Shown here piece after piece: positions 1-8,945 of a DNA stretch of 64,000 bases (its first letter is position 1; each line of letters opens with the position of its first letter). This DNA comes from Candidatus Woesearchaeota archaeon (lineage in GTDB: Archaea > Nanobdellota > Nanobdellia > Woesearchaeales > GW2011-AR15). The stretch is taken from the NCBI GenBank assembly GCA_038874655.1, contig JAVZBY010000003.1:125200-189199 (forward strand), given 5' to 3'. A program made the translations under genes and the position numbers. The notes under the pieces were generated by a model that ran no database searches, was not told the DNA's origin, and saw only the letters and a program-made list of their open reading frames with translations.

Positions 1-723
1 AACCAAGTAGAACATTATTTAGATATAAAAAAAAGAATATTTCTAGCAAAAGAAATAATAAACTCTGTTTCATTCAACTTAATAAAGGTTCTAGAACACT
101 ATAAAAAACATAATAAACCAGTTGATGTATTTATAGAAAAAATTAGAAAACTAAGAGAAGAGATAGAGAAAGTTGATACTATAGAGAGTATTATGAATAT
201 TGAAGGAAGGATCTGGCAAACATTCTATTCTTCCTATGAAGTCATAATTGAGAATTTTGAATTTGAAGAAAGAAGTAAAAGACCACCAAAAAATGAAATT
301 AATTGCCTTATAAGTTTTTTAAATTCCTTATTATATACTACTACTTTAAGCCAAATCTATAAAACACAATTAAATCCTACAATTAGTTATTTACATGAGC
401 CATTTGAAAGGAGATTTTCTTTAGCATTAGATTTAAGTGAAATGTTCAAACCTTTAATAGTTCAAAAATCCATTTTAAAATTAATAAATAAAAAAGAGAT
501 AAAAGAAAATCATTTTAGGAAGGATTTGAAAAGATGTATACTAAACGAAAATGGAAAAAAATTAGTTTTAAAAGAATTTGATGAAAGACTAAAAGAAAAG
601 GTAATGCATCCAAAATTAAATAGAATAGTTTCTTATAAAACACTTTTACTATTAGATTGCTATAAATTAATAAAACATCTTATAAATGAAAAAGAATATC
701 AAGGATTTAAAATCTGGTGGTAA
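1..723 (+). CDS. cas1: CRISPR-associated endonuclease Cas1 (type I-B-like), 5'-truncated by the window edge
   Basis: Frame is open from base 1 (NQVEHYLDIKKRIFLAKEII...). Cas1 motifs: MNIEG, RSKRPPKNEINCLISFLNSLLY, SYLHEP, FSLALDLSEMFKP. Directly followed by cas2 and the array. Confidence 0.95.
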   Translation, partial: NQVEHYLDIKKRIFLAKEIINSVSFNLIKVLEHYKKHNKPVDVFIEKIRKLREEIEKVDTIESIMNIEGRIWQTFYSSYEVIIENFEFEERSKRPPKNEINCLISFLNSLLYTTTLSQIYKTQLNPTISYLHEPFERRFSLALDLSEMFKPLIVQKSILKLINKKEIKENHFRKDLKRCILNENGKKLVLKEFDERLKEKVMHPKLNRIVSYKTLLLLDCYKLIKHLINEKEYQGFKIWW

Positions 724-986
724 TATTGTATTATATAATTGTATATGATGTGGCTGAAGAAAGAGTAAATAAAATTAATAAATTTTTAAAACAGTATTTA
801 AATTGGATACAAAACTCTGTTTTTGAAGGCGAATTAACAGAATCAGAATTTATAAAAGTGAAAAAAGAGTTAAATGGCTTGATTTCTAAAGAAGATTCTG
901 TATTAATCTTTAAAATTAATAATCCTTATTCATTTGAAAAAATAAAACTAGGTATTGAAAAAAATCCTATTTCAAACCTAATTTAA
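717..986 (+). CDS. cas2: CRISPR-associated endoribonuclease Cas2
   Basis: YIIVYDVAEERVNKINKFLKQYLNWIQNSVFEGEL is a Cas2 signature; located between cas1 and the array. Confidence 0.95.
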   Translation: MVILYYIIVYDVAEERVNKINKFLKQYLNWIQNSVFEGELTESEFIKVKKELNGLISKEDSVLIFKINNPYSFEKIKLGIEKNPISNLI

Positions 987-1088
987 TCCAACATTTATAA
1001 ATAATTTAAAAAAATGACATTGTACTTTTAGAGGATAAAAAATATAAATATAAATTGCTTTCCTCTAAAAAATAAAAAAATGTCTAGG
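987..1088 (+). promoter_or_regulatory. CRISPR leader (AT-rich)
   Basis: About 100 bp of non-coding AT-rich sequence between cas2 and the first repeat, with TATA-like TATAAATATAAA. The repeat 3' end ATTGAAAC orients the array on the + strand. Confidence 0.65.
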
Positions 1089-2050
1089 GTTTAAATCGAA
1101 CTAAGGTAGTATTGAAACTCTGGTTAATTATCTATGTAATAACAGGGAATGATATTGTTTAAATCGAACTAAGGTAGTATTGAAACGAAAAAAATAGTAA
1201 AGATCCTGCAACATCTATTAAGTTTAAATCGAACTAAGGTAGTATTGAAACTTATTTATGTTTCCTTTTAATTTTTCAAATTTTAAAAAGTTTAAATCGA
1301 ACTAAGGTAGTATTGAAACACAGATAGTCATTTATTAGGATTAAATTATATATCATCGTTTAAATCGAACTAAGGTAGTATTGAAACATTGGAGCATATA
1401 AATATTGGAGTTATAACGGCGATGTTTAAATCGAACTAAGGTAGTATTGAAACAAATAATATAATCCAAATTTACTCATTTTTTCACCTGTTTAAATCGA
1501 ACTAAGGTAGTATTGAAACGAAAAAATCGACGATATTAAGAGTTTTTTAGAAACTGTTTAAATCGAACTAAGGTAGTATTGAAACATTTGTAATCCGTAG
1601 AAATTTTTATTTTGTAAAGTAAAAGTTTAAATCGAACTAAGGTAGTATTGAAACTCTTGTTGCATTTATTTTGTTATAACTTACATTAGTGTTTAAATCG
1701 AACTAAGGTAGTATTGAAACTTAATTAATACTGCTTCTGCAGGTCTGCAACCTGTATGTTTAAATCGAACTAAGGTAGTATTGAAACAATTTATGGAACA
1801 TAACAAATAAATGGTATTTTGTTGTTTAAATCGAACTAAGGTAGTATTGAAACCTTTTCTTTGACTAACTATAAATTTAGTGAAAGAATGTTTAAATCGA
1901 ACTAAGGTAGTATTGAAACTGGATATTTTAAAGGCATATAATTGTATATACATAAGTTTAAATCGAACTAAGGTAGTATTGAAACAAAAGAGTTATTGAT
2001 ATTAACAACTTCAAAAATGGGTTTAAATCGAACTAAGGTAGTATTGAAAC
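1089..2050 (+). CRISPR. CRISPR array: 15 identical 30-bp repeats GTTTAAATCGAACTAAGGTAGTATTGAAAC and 14 spacers of 35-39 bp
   Basis: Repeats start at 1089, 1157, 1222, 1290, 1358, 1424, 1490, 1556, 1625, 1691, 1758, 1824, 1890, 1956 and 2021. The ATTGAAAC 3' end is typical of type I-B/III repeats. Confidence 0.99.
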
Positions 2051-2122
2051 CTTACATTTAAAGAAAAATAATTGAAAATTATATAACAAAAAAAATTAAA
2101 ATATAATAAATAATTCCCTTTC

Positions 2123-2518
2123 TCATCTATAACTCTTCTGTTTCTTTGCTCTTGCTCTTCCATGTCTGTTTGGTTTATGTTGCTCTTTAAATCTAACATC
2201 TGCAACTAATAATTGTCTATCATATTCTAAAAAGATATTTTTTAATTTTGGTTCATATTCAGATAAAGCTCTTGCAATAGCCAATCTTGCTGCATCTGAT
2301 TGACTCATTGGACCGCCGCCTTTAACCTTAACATTAATATCAACTTTTTTCACAACATCTTGAGCTAACATCAATGGTTCTTGAATTCTTAATCTATATC
2401 CAAATGGTTGATAGATGTCAACTGGAATTTTATTTATTTTAATAATACCTTTACCTTCTTTTAATGTTGCTCTTGCAATAGCAGTTTTTCTTTTTCCAGA
2501 TGTGACAATGGTTTTCAT
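2123..2518 (-). CDS. rps9: 30S ribosomal protein S9 (uS9)
   Basis: SGKRKTAIARA...VKGGG...ARAKKQKSYR. Confidence 0.97.
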   Translation of the reverse strand: MKTIVTSGKRKTAIARATLKEGKGIIKINKIPVDIYQPFGYRLRIQEPLMLAQDVVKKVDINVKVKGGGPMSQSDAARLAIARALSEYEPKLKNIFLEYDRQLLVADVRFKEQHKPNRHGRARAKKQKSYR

Positions 2519-2937
2519 ATTTTAGCACCTAATCTTCTTGATAAAGTTAATAAATCAACATATTTTAAAGTAGGTAATTTTTCAATTTTAACTTTATTAT
2601 CTAATTCAATTGGTTTTTCATTTTTATATTCTTCTGGAACACCTACAAAACATAATACTCTTTTATATGCTTCTCTACCTTTTGCCTTTTTATATGGCAA
2701 CATTCCTCTAATTGTTCTTCTAACTAATTTATCTGGCATTCTATGAATAAAAGGCCCTTTTCTAGGAGTTCCTCTTTCTAATCTATTTAAATAATCTGCA
2801 AAAACATCTTGTTTACTCCCAGAGACATATGCCTTTTCACAATTAACTATAACTACTTTATTTCCTTCCAATGCATATTTAGCTGCATATGCAGCCATTC
2901 TTCCTAAAATTGTATTTGTAGCATCTATTAGTATCAT
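2515..2937 (-). CDS. rpl13: 50S ribosomal protein L13 (uL13)
   Basis: IDATNTILGRMAA...RRTIRGMLPYKK; operon position. Confidence 0.97.
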   Translation of the reverse strand: MILIDATNTILGRMAAYAAKYALEGNKVVIVNCEKAYVSGSKQDVFADYLNRLERGTPRKGPFIHRMPDKLVRRTIRGMLPYKKAKGREAYKRVLCFVGVPEEYKNEKPIELDNKVKIEKLPTLKYVDLLTLSRRLGAKI

Positions 2938-3278
2938 ATTAAAAGCCTCACTTTACTTCCTTTTGGATTTTTTTTAATTAAATCTGATAATGACATTACA
3001 GATGAACCATTTTCTTGAATTTTTAATAATGCACTTGATGAAAATCCATAAGCACAAATAGTTAATTTTTTTGTTAAATCTCCCATTCCTAAAACCTTTC
3101 CAGGAACAACAACTATTTCACCTTCTCTTGCATATTTATCTATCTTACTTAAATTTACTTCTGCTCTTTTTGAGCTTTTTTCTAGATAAGTTGCTACTAC
3201 CTTCCAAATTTTAGCATCATTTTCTATAGATGCTTTTTTCAATTCTACTATTAAAGTTTGTAATTGTGGGTTTTTCAT
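2934..3278 (-). CDS. rpl18e: 50S ribosomal protein L18e (eL18)
   Basis: KRAEVNLSKI...IVVVPGKVLG. Start placed at MKNPQ (3278) because the longer ORF overlaps tRNA-Leu. Confidence 0.93.
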   Translation of the reverse strand: MKNPQLQTLIVELKKASIENDAKIWKVVATYLEKSSKRAEVNLSKIDKYAREGEIVVVPGKVLGMGDLTKKLTICAYGFSSSALLKIQENGSSVMSLSDLIKKNPKGSKVRLLI

Positions 3279-3303
3279 TTTGATCAGTTTCAATATACAA
3301 ATA

Positions 3304-3428
3304 TGCGGGGGACGTGATTTGAACACGCGCACCCTCTATGGGACTAGGCCCTCAACCTAGCGCATTTAGTCTTAATTTTTTGTTTTCTAAACAAAAAATT
3401 TTATTTGACCAGGCTCTGCCACCCCCGC
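3304..3428 (-). tRNA. tRNA-Leu(GAG) with a 39-nt D-loop intron (about 3366-3404)
   Basis: GCGGGGG/CCCCCGC acceptor stem, CTAGG-TTGAGGG-CCTAG anticodon arm, long variable arm, TTCAAAT T-loop. An AT-rich hairpin is inserted within GGTCAA|ATGCG. Confidence 0.92.
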
Positions 3429-3451
3429 ATTTGAGAGTGTGAGCCTAATAA

Positions 3452-4222
3452 TTAAATTAATGATGATAATTCATCTAATTTTTCATCAAATATTTTTAAT
3501 GCTTCATTTAATATTTCTCTTGGTTTTAATTGCCCCCAAGATTCAACATAAAACTTAAATTCCTTATCATTATAATTAACCTTTACTATTTCTTCATTAA
3601 CATGTGCAACTGCATCAATCAAATTATTCTCATAAATTAATTGTTCATCAATCTCTCCTTTTTTATTAAAAACTTGTGGAGGATACATATCTTTATATTT
3701 TTCAAAATCTGGGTGTTTATTATTAATTTTCAAATTAGCATTATAATTATACCAAACATGACAACCTGACCATTTTGAATGCTCTTTACCTTTTCCTAAA
3801 ATTGCAATTGCTGTTAACTCTAATTCTTGATCTTTTAATAACTTAACAATAGGGATTTTATCATAAACAGGCTTTACTTTTGGATCTGCACTAACTAAAT
3901 CTGAAGCATATACTGTTTTTGGACCTTTTTCACTTAAAGTTAAAGTTAATGTACATTTTGCCTTTCTTTCTTTTATATCATCTTCAGATTTGGGTAATTC
4001 ATAGGACCTCAAATCTGTTGTTAATGGAATCAATCCTAATCTATGAGCTATTATTTCATCGTACAATGCAGAGCTATTTTTTTTAAATTCTACTTCTTCA
4101 ATTGCCATTACAGGAACTTCATTAATCATTATTCTTCTTAATGCATTAGCATATGCAGGATTACTGTCTTTTAATAAAAAAGACATCTTATTGTCTTTTT
4201 CATTCAATATTTCAATTTTCAT
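3452..4222 (-). CDS. rpoD: DNA-directed RNA polymerase subunit D (Rpo3)
   Basis: AYANALRRIMINEVPVMAIEEV...NSSALYDEIIAHRLGLIPL...GKEHSKW. Confidence 0.97.
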   Translation of the reverse strand: MKIEILNEKDNKMSFLLKDSNPAYANALRRIMINEVPVMAIEEVEFKKNSSALYDEIIAHRLGLIPLTTDLRSYELPKSEDDIKERKAKCTLTLTLSEKGPKTVYASDLVSADPKVKPVYDKIPIVKLLKDQELELTAIAILGKGKEHSKWSGCHVWYNYNANLKINNKHPDFEKYKDMYPPQVFNKKGEIDEQLIYENNLIDAVAHVNEEIVKVNYNDKEFKFYVESWGQLKPREILNEALKIFDEKLDELSSLI

Positions 4223-4642
4223 TTATACCCTCCTACCTCTTTTGCCGCCTTTTTTTCTGCAGCCATCATGAGGTATTGGTGTAACATCTTCAATTATACC
4301 AATTTTCAAGCCCATTCTTGATAATGCTCTAACTGCTGCTTGTGCTCCTGGCCCAGGAGTATTTGGCCCATTATGGCCGCCTGGAGCTTTAATTTTTACA
4401 TGTATTCCTGTAATTCCTTTTTCTAATGCCGCTTCTGCAACTTTCTTAGAAGCTGCCATAGCAGCAGTAGGTGAACTTTCTAATCTATGAGACTTTACTA
4501 TTTGTCCACCTGATGAAATTGCTATTGTTTCACTTCCTGTAATATCTGTAATATGAATTATTGTATCATTATATGAGGAATAAATATGACAAATACCCCA
4601 TCTTATCTGTTCTTTTTTTGGTTTTTCTTTTTGCTCTTCCAT
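4223..4642 (-). CDS. rps11: 30S ribosomal protein S11 (uS11)
   Basis: [22 protein letters not shown]...[13 protein letters not shown]. Confidence 0.97.
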   Translation of the reverse strand: MEEQKEKPKKEQIRWGICHIYSSYNDTIIHITDITGSETIAISSGGQIVKSHRLESSPTAAMAASKKVAEAALEKGITGIHVKIKAPGGHNGPNTPGPGAQAAVRALSRMGLKIGIIEDVTPIPHDGCRKKGGKRGRRV

Positions 4643-4646
4643 TTTT

Positions 4647-5327
4647 TTATTCCTCTATTTTTTTAACTTTTTTTGATTTCTTTTCCTTATTATCTATATC
4701 TTTTTTTGTAGATTTTTTTGATTCTTTAGATGAATTTTGTAATTCTTCTTCAACTTTTTTTTCTCCTTCTTCTTTTAAACCTAATTCATGCATCTCCTTT
4801 CTCAATTCTTGTTGTAAAGGAATTCTTTCTGGGTGTGTATCAAAAAACAAAGGACTATTATCTGCAAACCTAACCAACGCTTCTTCTTCTGCAGTCAAAA
4901 TATATGAAGGAGAGGTTATTTTTTTATTTCCAACCATTATATGTTCATGTGTTATAAATTGTCTTGCTTGTTTTATTGTTCTTGCTAAACCTTTTCTAAA
5001 AACAATTGTTTGTAGTCTTCTTTCACACAGATCTTTTAAACTCAATGCTAAAATATCTTCCATAATTGCTCCTTCTTTGATAAGAGCATATTGTTTCATT
5101 TTTTCTAATAATTTTTTCTTTTGCTCTTCTGATTTGGGATCTCTTTTTGGAATCAATTCTTTAACTTGTAATTTATATTTTTTCAAAAGTGAGTTTAATT
5201 TCCATAATTCTAATTTATTTTTAAACCCATATTCTTTAAGCAATACTCTTTCTTCTTCAATCCTTAGTTTCTGCCAAGGATGATTAGGCTTATCAAATTT
5301 TTTTCTTAATTTTCTTGGATCTCCCAT
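4647..5327 (-). CDS. rps4: 30S ribosomal protein S4 (uS4)
   Basis: [18 protein letters not shown]...[29 protein letters not shown]; charged C-terminal tail. Confidence 0.97.
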   Translation of the reverse strand: MGDPRKLRKKFDKPNHPWQKLRIEEERVLLKEYGFKNKLELWKLNSLLKKYKLQVKELIPKRDPKSEEQKKKLLEKMKQYALIKEGAIMEDILALSLKDLCERRLQTIVFRKGLARTIKQARQFITHEHIMVGNKKITSPSYILTAEEEALVRFADNSPLFFDTHPERIPLQQELRKEMHELGLKEEGEKKVEEELQNSSKESKKSTKKDIDNKEKKSKKVKKIEE

Positions 5328-5371
5328 TTTATAACCCTTTTATGATTTTGAATATAATTATAATCAAAAAA

Positions 5372-5851
5372 CTAAACTTTACCAGATTTTGCATCTGCTT
5401 TTCTTTTAACTCCAACAACTTTACCTTTATTCTTTCTGAAATTACTTTTTGTTCTTTGTCCTCTTACTGTTAAACCTAATGCATGTCTAACTCCTTTGTA
5501 GGATTTAATCTTCTTCATTCTTCTTAAATCTTGTTCAACTGCAAAATCTAGGCTACCTAAGATTAAATGTGTTGTTTTTCCTGTTTCAAACTCTTGTTTT
5601 CTATTTTTCATCCAATCAGGAATTGGATACTTGTCTGGATTTAATATTATATCATTTAATTTTTTAACTTCTTCATCTGATAATAAACCTGCTTTTTTCA
5701 TTGGATTTACTTTTGCCAATCTGCATGCCATCATAGAAAACATAATACCTATTCCTTTAATTTTTAAAAGTGCAATATGAATTGCTTTTTCACCTACTAA
5801 ATCAGTATTTCCAATTCTAACAATATGTTTTATTTGTTCTTGTTCAGCCAT
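5372..5851 (-). CDS. rps13: 30S ribosomal protein S13 (uS13)
   Basis: IKSYKGVRHALGLTVRGQRTKSNFR. Confidence 0.97.
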   Translation of the reverse strand: MAEQEQIKHIVRIGNTDLVGEKAIHIALLKIKGIGIMFSMMACRLAKVNPMKKAGLLSDEEVKKLNDIILNPDKYPIPDWMKNRKQEFETGKTTHLILGSLDFAVEQDLRRMKKIKSYKGVRHALGLTVRGQRTKSNFRKNKGKVVGVKRKADAKSGKV

Positions 5852-6069
5852 TTTATAAACCTTGCTTATAAAGATAATAATTTTTATTATTTTTAACTCA
5901 AATTTAAAAAACCCGAGAAACTAACTATTAACCCTAACGCTTTCACTCGGGTTATTTTCTTGAAAATTATTCTAATTTATAAATATTTGGGTTTTTTTCC
6001 TATCTTCAAAATTTATAAAATAAGATGATACAGAAAAATATAAATACTTAATTCAAAAATAATTAACAT

Positions 6070-6246
6070 ATGAGCAAACACAAAACAATGGTAAAAGGAG
6101 CTTTATTAAACTTAGTAGTTTATACAATAATTGCGTTTATTTTATCTGCTTTAGGTGTCCCAAGTTATATAATAATTGCATTATACAGTATGCTTGTATG
6201 GGGTCTTTTTGTAATAAGTTATCATCATTACAAAAGATCTATTTAA
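6070..6246 (+). CDS. Small membrane protein (58 aa), below the ORF-track cutoff
   Basis: MSKHKTMVKGALLNLVVYTIIAFILSALGVPSYIIIALYSMLVWGLFVISYHHYKRSI*; two hydrophobic segments; TATA-like element upstream. Confidence 0.6.
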   Translation: MSKHKTMVKGALLNLVVYTIIAFILSALGVPSYIIIALYSMLVWGLFVISYHHYKRSI

Positions 6247-6301
6247 ATTAGTTAATTGTTTATTACAGAGAAATTAAAAACAAATAAAAAATATAAAAAA
6301 A

Positions 6302-7439
6302 TTATGCTTCTTCTTTTTCTGTTAAAAAGTAAGATGCAAAAATAGAACTAATTAAAGAATATAAAACAAAAATAAGAATCAAATTAAGGATAATAATATT
6401 GTTAAACAAAAACTTGATTATTAATGAATAAAATTGCTATTACATCTATTCCTTTAGGACAATTCAAAGTCATAAAAATAATATCTTTTATATCTTGATG
6501 AACTCCAAATAAAGCAACAAACAAAGAAAAAAATCTTAATATTAAATAAATCAAAAATAACAAAAAGCTTTGCAATAAAAAAGACTTATCATATGAAGGG
6601 ATTACTAATCCTAAAATTATAAAAACAGAAGCACTAGCAAATAAAGAAACAAATTTAAGTAATTTCTTAACTTCATCTTTTCTCTTAAATGTCATTCTTT
6701 CAAATATTAAAGAATAAAAAACAACTGCAAAAATTCCATTTGCCTGTAAAAAATATGCAACTAAATAAGTAATAACCAATCCTAAAAAAATTAAATACTC
6801 TGTAATCCAATGAGAAATATTCTTTAAAATATCAAAAAAAATTATTGCCATTATAATTCCTATTGCTACACCTAAAAGTATATCAGAAAAAAATGGTAAT
6901 AAAAAAGACATATTATTTAAAGAGAATTGATTAGTAAAGTTTAATATAGAAAATATTAAAAAAACTAAAACAATAACTATTGAACTACCTATCATACTTT
7001 CATATTTCAAAAATTCAAAAACCCTATCTTTTTTAATAATATGATTATAAACACTATAATCTGTTGTGGTCAACATCAAAGAAACCAATATTAAAAAAAG
7101 AAAATTTAATTTAAAAAATAAATAAATAAAAAAACTAAAAAACAAAACATTTATAACTATATTTATCAAAGAAATCTTTAATCCTTTTTCTGAATACAAG
7201 TCTAACTCATGAAACGAAAATTCATTCAAAAAAACAAATAATATAATTATAATAAATAAAATAGCTAAATTAAGAAAAGTTGTATATACCTCAAAATTAT
7301 ATCCATTTACAGATAAATTTCTAAATAATATACCTAAAATTACTAATAATAAACTTGTTGGCCATCTATATTTATTTGAAAAAAGATAAATAAAAAAACC
7401 TATACTAAAAACAAAAAACAATAATAAATTATCTGTCAT
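6302..7439 (-). CDS. Cation:proton antiporter (NhaP/CPA1-like); last TM helix lies in another frame (frameshift near 6405-6435)
   Basis: Multi-TM protein with TTTDYS, LKYESMIG and NCPKGI motifs. ORF stops at 6402, but a shifted frame continues FNNIIILNLILIFVLYSLISSIFASYFLTEKEEA* to 6302. Confidence 0.7.
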
Positions 7440-7506
7440 AAAATTTATTATACATAATTAGTTTATAAATCTTTATGATTTAATAACAAAAAATCCAAAA
7501 AACCTA

Positions 7507-7953
7507 TTAAAAATTAAACGAGATTAAAGTTTGATTTATCAATTCACTATGTGTTTTAATAAAATTCAAATATTTTTCATATTCTAAACCTAACCATATT
7601 TCAATATGATCACCACAACCAAGAAAATAGAATGCATTATTTAAATTTCTATATTTTTCTTGTATACATTGAATAGGAAACTCTATTCTATCTCCTCCCT
7701 TAACAGTAAAACCCCCAGAAAATTTTTCTTTAAAATCTTTTTCATCTTTTTCTTTTGCGTCATATTCCTTTTTATCAAGAACTAAAAAATAAAAGAAATT
7801 TACTCCAAAAATTACCTCATTAATTGGAATTACATAAAAATCTTCTGAAAAATATTCTTTAAAAGCATCTGGGATTTTAATTACATAGATTTGACTTCTT
7901 TTTTTAAATCTTGATTCAGATTTAAAGGTTCCAATTAACAAATCTAAACTCAT
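7507..7953 (-). CDS. Divergent MraZ-like (AbrB/SpoVT-fold) protein
   Basis: N-terminal LLIGTF...IKIPDAFKEYF, central FSGG...DRIEFP and C-terminal YFLGCGDHIEIW...EYEKYL resemble MraZ; 148 aa. Confidence 0.55.
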   Translation of the reverse strand: MSLDLLIGTFKSESRFKKRSQIYVIKIPDAFKEYFSEDFYVIPINEVIFGVNFFYFLVLDKKEYDAKEKDEKDFKEKFSGGFTVKGGDRIEFPIQCIQEKYRNLNNAFYFLGCGDHIEIWLGLEYEKYLNFIKTHSELINQTLISFNF

Positions 7954-8112
7954 ATAACAAAAAATAAAAAAGTTATATAAAAGTTTATCAATTAAAAAGA
8001 TAAAAAAAATATCAAACTAAAATTCATTATATTTTCAAATAAAAAAATTTAAATTACATCATTATATTATTTAAAAAATATAAATAAATCATAAAAAATA
8101 AAATGCTAAAAA

Positions 8113-8466
8113 ATGAATAAACCAAAAAAAGAAGTTAAAAAAGAATATAAAAAAACACCAATAATTATTTATACTACTTGTAAGGATAAAGAAGAAGCAG
8201 AAAAAATTTCAAAACATTTGTTAGAAAAAAAACTAATTGCTTGCACAAACATTTTTCAAATAAATAGTTTCTATTTTTGGGACAATGAATTACAAAATGA
8301 TTCAGAGTATGTAATTTTAATAAAAACATTTAAATCACTTTATAAAAAAATAGAAAAAGAAATTAAAAAAATTCATTCATATAAAGTTCCTGCAATTTAT
8401 TCTTGGGAACTAGATAATATAAATAAGGATTATTTTGAATGGATGAAAAAAGAAATTAAAACATAG
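8113..8466 (+). CDS. cutA: Divalent-cation tolerance protein CutA
   Basis: YTTCKDKEEAEKISKHLLEKKLIAC...SFYFW...IHSYKVPAI...YFEW. Confidence 0.93.
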   Translation: MNKPKKEVKKEYKKTPIIIYTTCKDKEEAEKISKHLLEKKLIACTNIFQINSFYFWDNELQNDSEYVILIKTFKSLYKKIEKEIKKIHSYKVPAIYSWELDNINKDYFEWMKKEIKT

Positions 8467-8560
8467 TTTAATTAATTCTTACCAAATTAATCAAATTATT
8501 TATAACTACTATAAAAAGATTACAAAGTTTCTTAAATACAAAGATCTAACTTTTTATAAA

Positions 8561-8908
8561 ATGGCAAAAAAATTAGAAATTCAATGTCCTGATGAAAATA
8601 TTTTTTGGTTGTGTAATGGCAAAACATTAAAAACAATAAAAGAACTTCTTAATGAGTTAAAAGTAATGGAAGAAAGTGTCTTTAAATATCATGTAAATGA
8701 TGAAAAAGATGACTTTGCAAATTGGTTAAAAGATATATTTAACGAATTTGAACTAGTAGATAAATTAAAAGGTGTTAAAGATAAAAACAAATATATTGAA
8801 ATAATGGAACTTTATTATTACCCTAAAAAAGAAACAAAAAAACAACCCAAAGAAAAAAAGCAAAACAAAAACACCACTTCCAAAAAAAGAACATCAAAAA
8901 AAAAATAA
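8561..8908 (+). CDS. Conserved archaeal hypothetical protein (DUF5752-like)
   Basis: FWLCNG...ELLNEL...VFKYHV...DDFANWL motif; Lys-rich tail. Confidence 0.6.
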   Translation: MAKKLEIQCPDENIFWLCNGKTLKTIKELLNELKVMEESVFKYHVNDEKDDFANWLKDIFNEFELVDKLKGVKDKNKYIEIMELYYYPKKETKKQPKEKKQNKNTTSKKRTSKKK

Positions 8909-8945
8909 AAAATAATAATATATATTTTTTAATTATTATATAAAA

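Noticed and set aside
1119-2020. Self-targeting spacers within this window
   Set aside because: No full-length match was noticed by eye. This is not exhaustive and needs a BLASTn check.
1693-2205. ORFs 1693..1953 and 2023..2205 on the - strand
   Set aside because: They are translations of CRISPR repeats (FNTTLVRFK periodicity) and an alternative frame of rps9.
4561-5283. 240-aa ORF on the + strand
   Set aside because: Antisense shadow of rps4.
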